DNA of 64,000 nt from Nitrospirota bacterium. Its GTDB lineage: Bacteria > Nitrospirota > JACRHJ01. Positions 51,299-61,423 of the stretch are shown here, piece after piece (position 1 is the first letter of the stretch; every line of letters starts with the position of its first letter). The position numbers were made by a program, and so were the translations under genes. Below the pieces are notes generated by a model. It did not search any database. It was given only the letters and a program-made list of their open reading frames with translations, and was not told the DNA's origin. The DNA lies in assembly GCA_963698885.1 (NCBI GenBank), contig CAVOSJ010000003.1:361250-425249 (forward strand). The letters run 5' to 3'.

Positions 51299-52186
51299 TG
51301 AGCTATAGGAAAAGATCTATTCCCCCCAAAATATGGATTTTATGGTATCGAGGTCTAGCGGAGGCCCCATTAATTGTAAGGAAATGCATTGATTTTTAAT
51401 AAAAGAAAATCCAGGCTGGGACGTTGTTATTTTGGCTAAAGATAATTTGGGTGAATATATGGTCTTAGATTTACCTGATGGTAAAAACTTACAAATTTAT
51501 CATTGACTACACAGTCTGACATGGTTTGCTTGCAGCTGTTGTCTGAGTATGGTGGGGTTTGGGTTGATTCCACAACCCTTTGTATGAAGCCGCTTGATGA
51601 TTGGATTGAAGATTGTCTTGACTCGGGTTTTTTTGTCTTTCTATAAACCGGTACTTATACAGGTTGCTGTCTAGTTGGTTCATAGCCTGCAAAAAAGGAT
51701 GTCCTATTGTTTTAAAGATGAGAGAATGTTTTCCTTCATTCTTTATGAAAATACTTTCAATATCAATGGAAGGTATAAGAAAAAAACAATAAAATTTATG
51801 GGCAAATTTATAAATAAAATAAAAGAACCAAGTATTGGGTTTCACCGGTAGTAACAAAACTGTTGAGAGTATATCCTTATTTTATACTTCACTATCTATT
51901 TGAAAGGCTGGTTGAAAGCGATCCAGAATGTCAAACTATTTGGAATAATACAAAAAAAATGAGTGCTGATGGGCCACATAGGCTTCAATCATTCAGCTTT
52001 TCTCCCCTATGAATGAAAATCTTAAAATTGAAATCGATGAGAAGCTCACTCCCATATACAAGTTGACATGGAAATATGACCATAGCAAGTATTCAACGTC
52101 ATCAGTGCTTTATTACTTACTCGAAGGAAGGCATTTTGTGATTTTGCCGAGAAGCGGGCAGAGGGACTTAAAATAGGAATTGGTTG
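51299..52186 (+). pseudogene. Shattered glycosyltransferase pseudogene (GT32 / Caps_synth 'capsular polysaccharide synthesis' family)
   Basis: Family-diagnostic segments are spread over three frames with at least 6 stops or frameshifts in 0.9 kb: IPPKIWILWYRGLAEAPLIVRKCIDF, NPGWDVVILAKDNLGEYMVLDLPDG, SDMVCLQLLSEYGGVWVDSTTLCMKPLDDWIEDCLDSGFFVF, YRLLSSWFIACKKGCPIV. Very AT-rich with many homopolymers. Confidence 0.55.
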
Positions 52187-52273
52187 TTCTCCTTTTGCAA
52201 TTTCAGATTTTGATGGTCTGGAATTTATGAAGCAGTAAGGCGATTTGAACAGATAGTCTCAGAAGGAAAACTC

Positions 52274-53073
52274 ATGCTTCATATACTTACAGTCCATTGG
52301 AATGACGACAAATGGATCGACATCCAGTTGGATTACCTGCGCAAACATATCCGGCAGCCTTATAAGGTTTACGCGTTCCTTAACAACATATCGGTTGAGC
52401 ACAGGAAAAAATTTTTCTACAGTTCGATAGAGCCCATCAAAGAACACGCGATTAAACTAATATCCTGGCGGACATCGCGGCTTTCAATGCGGAAGGTGAT
52501 GACGACCTGCTGATGTTTATAGACGGGGACGCCATACCAATAGGCGACGTCATTTCCTTTGGGCATGAAAAACTGAAGCAATACCCCCTGGTAGCTGTCC
52601 AACGGCTGGAGAATAACGGGGACATTCAACCCCATCCCTGCTTTTGTCTAACTACAATAAAGTTCTGGAAAGAGATCGCCGGAGACTGGAAAAAGGGCTT
52701 TCAGTGGGAAAATACGAGTGGCAGGACTGTCACCGATGTGGGCGGTAATTTATTGAAAATCCTCAGAGAAAAAGGCCTCGACTGGTATCCCATGCGCCGG
52801 AGTAACAAGAGAAATCTTCACCCGGTGCTATTCGCTCTTTATGATGACTTGATTTATCATCATGGCGCCGCGTTCAGGAAACCTCTAACGCGGCAGGACT
52901 TGGTAGTCAGTGCAACCAGGGCTAAAATCATTAGGCTCGCGCCCACACGCCGGCTTAAGAAAATGCTTAGTCCCAAAAAGAAGGAAATAGAGGAAAAAAA
53001 CAATATCCTCTCTCAACAGGTTTTTAAAATGATAAAAGAAAATTCAGAATTTTATAAGCATTTCCAGGAATAG
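52274..53073 (+). CDS. Putative GT-A fold glycosyltransferase with DXD motif, interrupted by a 1-nt deletion near 52458-52462
   Basis: ORF 52274-52513 and ORF 52513-53073 join as ...EHAIKLNILADIAAFNAEGDDDLLMFIDGDAIPIG... (DXD-like DDD / DGD). Confidence 0.5.
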
Positions 53074-53111
53074 AATCCGGTCCATATTTTTGTAGGAAAC
53101 ATAGGAACATA

Positions 53112-54144
53112 ATGACCAAGTGTATAGTTGTTTTAGGGATGCATAGAAGCGGGACTTCGGCCTTGATGGGCGTTTTGAAGTCTTTTAGCGTTGAAATGGG
53201 TTCGAACCATATAATTCCAAGACCAGACAATACAAAGGGGTTTTTTGAACTCCTTGATATAAACAAACTAAATGACAGAATATTTGACAGTCTCCACTCT
53301 TCGTGGGACAGCTTATATGCCTTACCGGAAGACTGGTGGAATGGACGCGACATTGATGGATATAGAAAAGAGATATCGGAGATAATAAAAACAAATTTTG
53401 GAAATGCGGGCATAATAAGCATTAAAGACCCCCGCCTATGCAGATTGCTTCCCTTATGGTCCGAAATATTCGAAGAGCTTGGGATCGATCCTTATTTCAT
53501 CATCCCGTTGCGAAACCCCTTGGAAATCGCGAATTCATTAAGGATCAGAGACGGGTTTTCCCTGGAAACATCGTTGATCTTATGGATGATATACATGCTC
53601 GATGCGGAACTTTACAGCAGAAAATATCCCCGCGTGTTCACAACCTATTACGGTTGCTCAAAGACACCTCAAATACTATGAACAGCATCTCAAGTACATT
53701 AAATATTAAATTCCCAAAAGCTATCAGGACGTCAAGGAGGAGGTTGCGCATTTCCTGGACCCTGGTCTGAAACATCATAACCGGGATTCGGCCCCTATGG
53801 ACAAGGTTTGGGCGAAGGATATATTCAACTATTATGGGGTCTTGTCTAACCTTGTGGGCAAGGAGGCAGCCAGCGACGATGACCTCTCAGAGATTGACAA
53901 GATACGGAATCGTTTCTTCGAGCCCCAGAATAAGATTTTTTACAATCAGGACGTAATAGATATATTAACGGAAAGAGAACGCGTCATAAAGGAAAGAAAC
54001 CGCGTCGTCGCCGATAAAGCCAGGTACGATTCCCGTTTTATACATATGCCGGGACTAAAGAGGATGGAACAGAATTTTAGAAGAAATGTTATTTATCCGA
54101 TAAAAGATTTTTTATCAATTGGTAAAAAGGCGCGAAATCATTAG
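53112..54144 (+). CDS. PAPS-dependent sulfotransferase family protein, interrupted by two 1-nt deletions (near 53628-53645 and 53726-53729)
   Basis: 5'-PSB P-loop VLGMHRSGTSAL at the N-terminus. The reconstructed path is ...RKYPRV / HNLLRLLKDTSNTMNSISSTLNIKFPK / SYQDVKEEVAHFLDPGLKHHNRDSAPMDKVW..., across ORFs 53112-53681, 53438-53770 and 53797-54144. Confidence 0.6.
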
Positions 54145-54204
54145 ATAGGTCATGCTAAATAAAAATGGCCTAGCCATCCTTCTCGTTCAAAACCAGTATA
54201 AATA

Positions 54205-55730
54205 ATGAATAAAAATCTCAAAATACTGTGTATCAGTCCGGAAGTGGACGCTCCTTTCATCATCAATATCCTGCAGCCGCTTGAGATATTGAAGGCGGGT
54301 GAAGTCGCATTTACTGTGATCAAGGAAAAAGACGCGCTGATACAGGACGTGATGGGGCACGACATCGTACTTTTCTTCAGGAATTCGTCCCCCTCCACGT
54401 TGAAGCTGCTGCACTTCTCCAAGCTGGCCGGAAAGCCGTCATGTACGCCGTCGACGACAATTTTTTTGAGCTTTCCCGCTCCGAAATAGGCCCCATGAAA
54501 GAGGCCGAGCTTAATGCCTATTCAGGCTATATAACGAACTCCGACCTCGTGATGGTGTACTCCGACCTGATGGTTGAACGGGTTCGCCCGCTCAATGAAA
54601 AAGTAATAAAAACCGCCCCGGGAGGCATTGATTTTTCTGCTTTCGAAGGGTTGAAGCGGCCGCCGCGCCAGGAGACGATAAAAATAATCTATGCCACGTC
54701 CCGCTATAAAAACGACATCCTTTCCGGGCTGTTTCTGCCCGCACTGAAGAAAATACTTCTGGAATATCAAGGACTGGTCGAGATAGACTTATGGGGCTAC
54801 ATGCCTGAAGGACTCGAGGATACTCCGGGCGTAAACCATGTCGAAAAGATGGAATACGCCAGATACATGAAGAGGCTTTACTCTGGTGGTTTCGACATCG
54901 GCCTCGCCCCGCTCAAAGACGATTTATTCCACAGGTCGAAGACGAACACGAAATTCAGGGATTACGGCGCCTGCGGGATTGCAGGCATTTATTCGGACGT
55001 GGACGTTTATTTCAATGTGGAAGACGGCAAGACGGGCCTGCTTGTAGAGAATAACGATAACGCCTGGTATGGAGCCATGAAGAGGCTGATTGAAGATGTA
55101 AATTTGCGCGACTCCATCAAAAGTAACGCATACGGGTATGTCAGAAATAACTATGACATGAATGCGACGGCGGACATTCTCTATGAAACTTTACGGAAAA
55201 CGACAATTAAAAAAAGCGCTAAAGAAGCCAGGATTCCCGTGAAAAACAGGATAGCTGCACAGTTTCTGGACTTGCGACCCCCACGTATTCTCTTTATATC
55301 TCCGCCCCGCGGCAATATGATAAAAGACCTGCCGCGCCTGATGAAGTCGTACGGGTATCCGTTTAAATTCGTGGAGGCAAAATCTCCCGCAGACATAGAG
55401 CTTACCTCTAAGCTTAAAAGATCCATAGCGTTCAGCGATGCGGTCGTTTGTCTTGACATGGATTGCAATGTTTTTGGTTCCGAGGCGCCAGAGGGCAAGG
55501 TCTTCTCATGCAAGGACGGGGATATTATCAATGTCATAAATGAGATAGAGAGAACCTATTACAGTGGGATCCACTATTCGTTTTCTTCAAAGGCCATTTG
55601 GACAAGGTTAAACTTCTTTCGAAACTTCTTGAGCGAAGTCCTGTTCAAAAAGACGAAGATCAATAATTTGGAGCAGTTTTTCAGGAAGTCTGTCCGCAAC
55701 CCCGTCAGGGACTTTTTAACGAAAAAATAA
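54205..55730 (+). CDS. Glycosyltransferase (GT-B-like, 508 aa with C-terminal extension), interrupted by a 1-nt deletion near 54438-54441
   Basis: ORF 54205-54489 and ORF 54441-55730 join as ...LKLLHFSKLAGKP(V)MYAVDDNFFEL.... GT-B Rossmann-like halves. Confidence 0.55.
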
Positions 55731-55735
55731 GAATA

Positions 55736-56755
55736 TCAGGCGGGTTTTCCGGCGGTCCTGGCAATGCCTTCAAGCAGCGATACGTATCTTTCAAGATAAT
55801 CTTTAAGCGAAAACTTCTCCGCCACGGTCTTCCGGCCCGCCGCGCCCATCTTTTCCCGCAGGGACTTGTCAGAAAGCAGTTTGGTCAGATGCGCTTCCCA
55901 CTCCTCGTTGGTGGCGGAAAGGAACCCGTTAACACCGTGTTCCACGATGTCGCTGTTTATGCCCACGGGGGATGCAACCACCGGCACGCCCACCGAAAAA
56001 TACTGGAGTATCTTGAACCCGCACTTGCCCCTGCTCCAAATATCGTCAGTCAGCGGCATAAGCCCGATATCCATCTCGCGCAGGAACTCCAGTTCGCTCT
56101 CTATGCTCCATAATCTTTTATTAATTTTGACCCCTTCAATATCGGGGAAATCGCTGCATACGACTGAAATGGCTATATCGGGAAATTTCCGGGCGAGGTT
56201 TTGAAATACCGGGGCCAGGGCATCCAGGTAGAAAAGGTTCCCCGGCAGGCCTATCCAGCCAATTACCACTTCGTTTCTTTTATTCTCCGGCGCGGCTGGA
56301 GTATATAATTTTACGTCTACCGGAGTCGTCATTATTTCCACCCTCCGGCAGTGCTTTTTCGCCTCGTTTGCCAGGAACTCGTTCCCGGCCACGGCTACTT
56401 CCGATATCTCCATTATCTTCCTGAACCGGCCGGTGAATTTATCGGTCATCGGCTGTTTCCGCCTGGCCTCCGTATACATTATCGCATCGTCAAAATCGAA
56501 TATTATCTTCTTCCTGAGGGCCTTCAAAAGGCGCACTTCGAGCGGGTTGAAAAGCTTTTTGTGCAACAGGATGACGTCAGTCCTCGTTAGTTGCAGGAAA
56601 AGGCGCACCCTCCCCATTAAACTCTTGGGCACGTCGCGTACCTCGCAGCGCCAGCCTCTTTTGCGCATTTCATAGGCGACCGGATATATCCTGAGGCGGC
56701 TGTTGGGGTCCTCTTTCTTATGGACTACGAAAGCTATGTCGATTTTTTTCATCAT
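55736..56755 (-). CDS. Glycosyltransferase family 4
   Basis: GT-B C-terminal domain with conserved GGLPVVAS-type region (FSVGVPVVASPVGINSDIVEHGVNGF); 339 aa. Confidence 0.7.
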   Translation of the reverse strand: MMKKIDIAFVVHKKEDPNSRLRIYPVAYEMRKRGWRCEVRDVPKSLMGRVRLFLQLTRTDVILLHKKLFNPLEVRLLKALRKKIIFDFDDAIMYTEARRKQPMTDKFTGRFRKIMEISEVAVAGNEFLANEAKKHCRRVEIMTTPVDVKLYTPAAPENKRNEVVIGWIGLPGNLFYLDALAPVFQNLARKFPDIAISVVCSDFPDIEGVKINKRLWSIESELEFLREMDIGLMPLTDDIWSRGKCGFKILQYFSVGVPVVASPVGINSDIVEHGVNGFLSATNEEWEAHLTKLLSDKSLREKMGAAGRKTVAEKFSLKDYLERYVSLLEGIARTAGKPA

Positions 56756-57864
56756 AGGCTAAGATAAATCTCTTCGACTTTTCTCGTGACGTTCGCGCTC
56801 CCGTAGTATTCACTTGCGCGCGCCTTTGCGCGGGCGGAGTACTCTTTCATCAGCGCGTCATCCCGGATAAGGCCGGATATCGCCCCGGCAAGCGCCGCCG
56901 GGTCGCCCGGAGGCACTATCATCCCGCAGAAGCCTTCATCAAGCTGCTCAGGCATTCCGCCCACGGAGGTCACGACAGAGGGCACGCCCGCCGCCATGGC
57001 GTCCAGCAGGGAAAGGGGCGCCCCTTCCCACAGGGAGGGCATGACGTACAGGTCCATGGCCTTGTAAAGGACAGGTATGTCGTGCCTCTCTCCCATGAAG
57101 ATTATATCGTCCGATATTCCCAGTGAAGACGCGTGTTCCTTCAACGCCCCTTCAAGCCTGCCGCCGCCTATAAGCATGGCTTTGGCGTCAGTCCCTTGTT
57201 TTTTCAGGATTGAGAGGGCTTCGATCAGATATGACTGCCCTTTCGCCTCGACTAAACGCCCTACCGTACCTATCAGGACCCCCTTTTTTGAAAGTCCAAG
57301 CCGCTCTCTGGCCTCTTCCATCGTCAGGCCGGTCTGCATCCTCTCGTAATCTATACAGTTCGGTATTACCGCGACTTGATCCGGCTGGAATTTATCGTGC
57401 TTTACGACGTCTTTTTTTACCGGCTCGGATACAGCGATGACGGCGTCGGTAGAATGAGCAAGGAACCTGTTAATCAGGACCCGGTGAGGCTTCAGTTTCG
57501 AATAGACGTTCTGGACCTGGAGCACGCATTTTGGCCTGACGGCGGGAGGCGAGAGCACGGCCGCGATCCTGCCGTACAGTCCCGCATGATAGAGGTGCAC
57601 GTGGAGGATGTTTATTTTACGTTCGGAAATGATCTTCTTTATTTCTCTGACGGCGCCCATGTCAAAGCTCTTTTTTTTCATCCGGCCGAGCGCAATGACT
57701 TCGAAACCCAGCGCCTCTATTCTCTCCCCGATTATACCTTTGTCGGCAATGCAGCAGGTGATGGGGTTGAACCGGGAGCGGTCGATCTTCTGCAGGACGT
57801 TCAGCCAGAATATCTCCGCCCCTCCGACCGGCATAGTTGCAAAAAGGCTTAAGACGTTTATCAC
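56752..57864 (-). CDS. Glycosyltransferase family 4
   Basis: MPSLWEGAPLSLLDAMAAGVPSVVTSVGGMPE is the GT4 signature. GTG at 57864 overlaps the upstream heptosyltransferase stop. The N-terminal extension of the 406-aa ORF is rejected. Confidence 0.7.
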   Translation of the reverse strand: MINVLSLFATMPVGGAEIFWLNVLQKIDRSRFNPITCCIADKGIIGERIEALGFEVIALGRMKKKSFDMGAVREIKKIISERKINILHVHLYHAGLYGRIAAVLSPPAVRPKCVLQVQNVYSKLKPHRVLINRFLAHSTDAVIAVSEPVKKDVVKHDKFQPDQVAVIPNCIDYERMQTGLTMEEARERLGLSKKGVLIGTVGRLVEAKGQSYLIEALSILKKQGTDAKAMLIGGGRLEGALKEHASSLGISDDIIFMGERHDIPVLYKAMDLYVMPSLWEGAPLSLLDAMAAGVPSVVTSVGGMPEQLDEGFCGMIVPPGDPAALAGAISGLIRDDALMKEYSARAKARASEYYGSANVTRKVEEIYLSL

Positions 57865-58922
57865 TTGTCCCACGACCCCAGCAGTTCTTCTATCGCACAG
57901 ACGACCTCCGGCACCGTTATGGCTTCCAGGCAGTCGCTTTTTTTGCTCCCGCCGCAGCCGTCCTTCCGGCACGGCAGGCAGGGAAACATATCCTTCTTCA
58001 TCACCACACGCGCCTTATCCGTAAACGGCGCCCAGACCTTGTAGTCCGATGGTCCGAAAAGTGCCACCACGGGCGTCCCGACCGCCGCCGCCATGTGCAT
58101 CGGCGCGGAATCCACTCCGAAGAACAGCCTGCTCATCTTAAGGATCGACGCGAGCTGCCCCAGGGTCAAAAGGCCGGTTAAGTCTATGGGCGGAGACTTG
58201 GCAAGCGATGCTATATGCGCCGCCTTCTCCGTCTCTTTTTTGTCCGGACCGGAGGTCATTATCACCCTTAGACCCTTTGCCTGAAGGTAGTCGATAACTT
58301 TGGCGACTGATTTATCGTTCCAGCACTTGAACAGCCAGCGGGAGGTCGGATGCACCGTGGCTATCGGCTCGTCACCCTTCATCCCCTGGTCTTTGAGCAG
58401 TCCCCGGACATATTCGTCGTCATTTCTGGACGTATAAAGCTCCAGCTTCTGATTGGCCGGCTCGATTCCAAGCGGTCCGACCATCTCCAGGTCCATCAGC
58501 GCCCGGTGCCTGTCCCATATCTGGGGGACGAGGCTGGTGAAAAGCCGGCCCTTGCCCCAAAAACCTTTTCCTTTCGGGTCCGCTCCAATCCTTATCTTCG
58601 CCCCGGAAGCCAGGCACATTACGGCGCCCCTGTCGCCTTCGGTCATGTTGATCGCGATGTCAAATTTCTTGTCACGGAGCGATTTCAGGAGCTTTAAATC
58701 CTCTATCAACCCGCTCCCCTTGGTGAACGTGAGGACTTCATTGACGCAGGGGTTGGACGTTAGCAGGTCTTCCATCCCGTCAGGGACCACGGCGGTTATT
58801 TCAGCATCCGGCATGGCGTCTTGCAGCGCGCGAAGCATCGGGGTCATCATCAGGACGTCTCCGATGTGCCTGAGCTTTATGACCAGGACCCTCTTTGCCT
58901 TTTCCAGCTTGACCTTGCCCAT
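57861..58922 (-). CDS. ADP-heptose:LPS heptosyltransferase (GT9; WaaQ/OpsX-like third paralog)
   Basis: VLVIKLRHIGDVLMMTPMLRAL N-terminus and C-terminal GVDSAPMHMAAAVGTPVVALFGPS. Confidence 0.75.
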   Translation of the reverse strand: MGKVKLEKAKRVLVIKLRHIGDVLMMTPMLRALQDAMPDAEITAVVPDGMEDLLTSNPCVNEVLTFTKGSGLIEDLKLLKSLRDKKFDIAINMTEGDRGAVMCLASGAKIRIGADPKGKGFWGKGRLFTSLVPQIWDRHRALMDLEMVGPLGIEPANQKLELYTSRNDDEYVRGLLKDQGMKGDEPIATVHPTSRWLFKCWNDKSVAKVIDYLQAKGLRVIMTSGPDKKETEKAAHIASLAKSPPIDLTGLLTLGQLASILKMSRLFFGVDSAPMHMAAAVGTPVVALFGPSDYKVWAPFTDKARVVMKKDMFPCLPCRKDGCGGSKKSDCLEAITVPEVVCAIEELLGSWDK

Positions 58923-58924
58923 GG

Positions 58925-59680
58925 CTACTTCTTTTCTTTCAGCTGCATTTCAAGGAGCTTCGCGTATTTTGAAAAAACGTAAAAAGAATACAGCCCTGCA
59001 AGCAGAAACCCATATATACCGTCCAGGAAGCCCCTTTTCAGGAAGAACATCTTCACAAAAGTTCCAAGCGGCCTGAAAATCATATCGGCAATACTTGCCG
59101 TCCGGCCGTCCTTACTCAACTCCTGTGCCGCGAGGGTCGAGTATTTATCCATCCTCCGGAGGTAATCCGAAACGCTGTCGTAGGTAAAATGGAGCATGGG
59201 GTTTTTTAAATACCCCGCCTCCCCGGCAAGCGCGACGGCTTCATGCACGGCCCGCTCTTTAAGCCGTCCCCGCCTCCTGTCGAAAAGGCGGACGGAGTAG
59301 TCCGGATACCAGCCGCCGTGTCTTATCTCCCTGCCCATGAAGTGGTTCCTGCGCGGGCAGTAATATCCGGGCTTATCCGGCCCGGCCTCCATAAGCCTCT
59401 TTATCTCCCCCGCAAGACCGGGCGTTATCCGCTCGTCCGCGTCCAGGACGAATACCCAGTCGTTTCCGGCCAGATCTACCGCCCGCTGTTTCTGCCCGGA
59501 GAAACCGCGCCACTCTTCCTGAAAGACCTTATCCGTGAACCCCCTGCAAATCTCCGGCGTCCCATCCGTGCTGAAGGAGTCCAGCACCACCACCTCATCA
59601 GCGAAAGACGCGCTATCAAGCGCCTCCCGGATATTTTTTTCTTCGTTCAGCGTGATGACGACGACTGACAGGGCGGTCAT
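58925..59680 (-). CDS. GT2 glycosyltransferase (KdtX/WaaE-like LPS core glycosyltransferase)
   Basis: SVVVITLNEEKNI...DSFSTDGT...DADE; GT-A DXD; 251 aa. Confidence 0.7.
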   Translation of the reverse strand: MTALSVVVITLNEEKNIREALDSASFADEVVVLDSFSTDGTPEICRGFTDKVFQEEWRGFSGQKQRAVDLAGNDWVFVLDADERITPGLAGEIKRLMEAGPDKPGYYCPRRNHFMGREIRHGGWYPDYSVRLFDRRRGRLKERAVHEAVALAGEAGYLKNPMLHFTYDSVSDYLRRMDKYSTLAAQELSKDGRTASIADMIFRPLGTFVKMFFLKRGFLDGIYGFLLAGLYSFYVFSKYAKLLEMQLKEKK

Positions 59681-59848
59681 TTATGAAAGCTTCTCCGCCT
59701 CGTCGATTAACATCACGGGTATGCCGTCTTTCACCGGGTATTTCAGCTTGCACGCATCGCAGACAAGGCCGTCGCCGCTTTCGGTCAGCCGGAGAACTCC
59801 CTTGCACTTCGGGCATGCCAGGATTTCAAGCAGTTCCTTGCTTATCAT
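59681..59848 (-). CDS. Trm112-like small zinc-ribbon protein (UPF0434 / YcaR family), 55 aa
   Basis: [60 protein letters not shown] 8 nt upstream. Not present in the six-frame ORF track (under 60 aa). Confidence 0.65.
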   Translation of the reverse strand: MISKELLEILACPKCKGVLRLTESGDGLVCDACKLKYPVKDGIPVMLIDEAEKLS

Positions 59849-60884
59849 CTTTTCCCTCCAGCATCTCCTCCGCCGTATGGAGGACGTCTTCGACCGTAAT
59901 CTCCTTCATGCACCGCATATCGCGTTTTGTGTCCGTACATTCCTTCTTTAAACACGGAGCGCAGGGCGCGCCGGAGGTGATTACCCTGTGGCCGCTTCCA
60001 TAAGGGCCGGTGCGTTCCGGAATCGTCGGGCCGAATATCGCCAGCACGTCCGTACCGACTGCCGCCGCAATGTGCATTGGACCGGAGTCATTGGTTATCA
60101 TAAGCCTTGCTTTGCCGAGTAACGCCGCAAGGCCTTTCAGAGAGGTCTTTCCGAAAGCGAGGCTCTCACGGCCCGCACGGTCTTCAAATGCGGACATCAC
60201 GCCCGCTTCATCCGCGCTCCCGATAAATATGTATTTCAGCCCCTTCCGTTCCTTAAGCGCCAGGGCGAGGCGGACGAAATTTTCCGCGGGCCACCGCTTG
60301 GTAATCCATCTCGACGAGGGCGCGATAGCTATGAATTCCTCGCCTTCGTTTATGCCAGCGTCTTTTAAAACACGGCCCGCCTCGATTAAATCTTCCCGGC
60401 CAGCCGTAATATTGAATTCGGGCGTCTCAGGCGCCGGAATGCCGAAAGCTCCGAAAGTGAGAAGGTAGCGGTCAACGGCGTGCATTTCAGGGTCCGGCAC
60501 GGGGATTTTTTTATTATAAAAAAAATGAGCGCCCTCACGAGCGTTCCGGAGGCCGATTTTCTCCCCTGCCCTGCACGCAAAAATTATAATCCCGCTCCGT
60601 AAAAGCCCCTGGAGGTCAATCGCCGCATCGTACTCCTCGGCCCTCAGCGCCTTCATGAACCTCGACAGTTCGCCGCATCCGCCCTTCGACCTGTCGAAGG
60701 CGATGACGTTTGTGATCGCGGGATGGCCGCTCAGTACCGGCTCATACGCCTTAAAGACCGCCCAGTCCACCTGGACCCCGGGTACCGCCTTTTTCAGCGC
60801 CGCCGCGACCGGCAGGGCATGGATTATATCCCCCAGCGAACTCGGCTTTATTATAAGGACTTTTTTGAGTCGCCGATTATCCAA
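59826..60884 (-). CDS. waaC: ADP-heptose:LPS heptosyltransferase I
   Basis: [36 protein letters not shown] parallels the E. coli WaaC N-terminus (RVLIVKTSSMGDVLHTLP...IKFDWVV); 352 aa. Confidence 0.75.
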   Translation of the reverse strand: MDNRRLKKVLIIKPSSLGDIIHALPVAAALKKAVPGVQVDWAVFKAYEPVLSGHPAITNVIAFDRSKGGCGELSRFMKALRAEEYDAAIDLQGLLRSGIIIFACRAGEKIGLRNAREGAHFFYNKKIPVPDPEMHAVDRYLLTFGAFGIPAPETPEFNITAGREDLIEAGRVLKDAGINEGEEFIAIAPSSRWITKRWPAENFVRLALALKERKGLKYIFIGSADEAGVMSAFEDRAGRESLAFGKTSLKGLAALLGKARLMITNDSGPMHIAAAVGTDVLAIFGPTIPERTGPYGSGHRVITSGAPCAPCLKKECTDTKRDMRCMKEITVEDVLHTAEEMLEGKDDKQGTA

Positions 60885-61423
60885 TCAGCCGCCTCCGGGA
60901 GGTTCGCCGAGACCATGTCCGGCTCTATCCCCTTCTCTTTAAGCAGTGCCTTTTCTCCGTTGCCGAAGCCCGTCAGGACGAGTACCGTCTTCCCGCCGGC
61001 GTTTACGCCAAGCTCTATGTCCGTGGCCTTGTCCCCCACGAAATACGAGCGCGAGAGGTCTATACCGAACTTCTCCGAGGCGCTTACGGCCATCCCGGTT
61101 TTCGGCTTCCTGCATTCGCACTCAAGCATCTCGCCGTGGCGCGGGTGGTGCGGACAGAAATAATACGCGTCGACCGAAGCCCCTTTTTGCCCCAGAAGGT
61201 TTGAGAGCTTCAGGTTGACCTTATGCAGCTCGTCCTCCGTAAAAAGCCCCCTCGCCACCCCGGACTGGTTGCTGACGACTACCAGCTTGAACCCGGCGCT
61301 TTTCAGCCGGGCGAGCGCCTCCGCCGCGCCCGGTATCAGCGCGACCTGCTCAGGGTCGGACAGGTATCCGATCTCCTCGTTTATCGTCCCGTCCCGGTCA
61401 AGGAATACCGCGCGGTTAGACAT
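60851..61423 (-). CDS. gmhB: D-glycero-D-manno-heptose 1,7-bisphosphate phosphatase
   Basis: HAD motif FLDRDGTIN and the GmhB zinc motif CxHx6CxC (CPHHPRHGEMLECEC). Confidence 0.8.
   Translation of the reverse strand: MSNRAVFLDRDGTINEEIGYLSDPEQVALIPGAAEALARLKSAGFKLVVVSNQSGVARGLFTEDELHKVNLKLSNLLGQKGASVDAYYFCPHHPRHGEMLECECRKPKTGMAVSASEKFGIDLSRSYFVGDKATDIELGVNAGGKTVLVLTGFGNGEKALLKEKGIEPDMVSANLPEAADWIIGDSKKSL

Noticed and set aside
56752-57972. 36-aa N-terminal extension of the GT4 ORF, overlapping the upstream heptosyltransferase
   Set aside because: The extension (MPEGRLRREQKKRLPGSHNGAGG...) is the out-of-frame 3' end of the heptosyltransferase gene. The conserved GT4 N-terminus starts at a GTG that overlaps the upstream stop.
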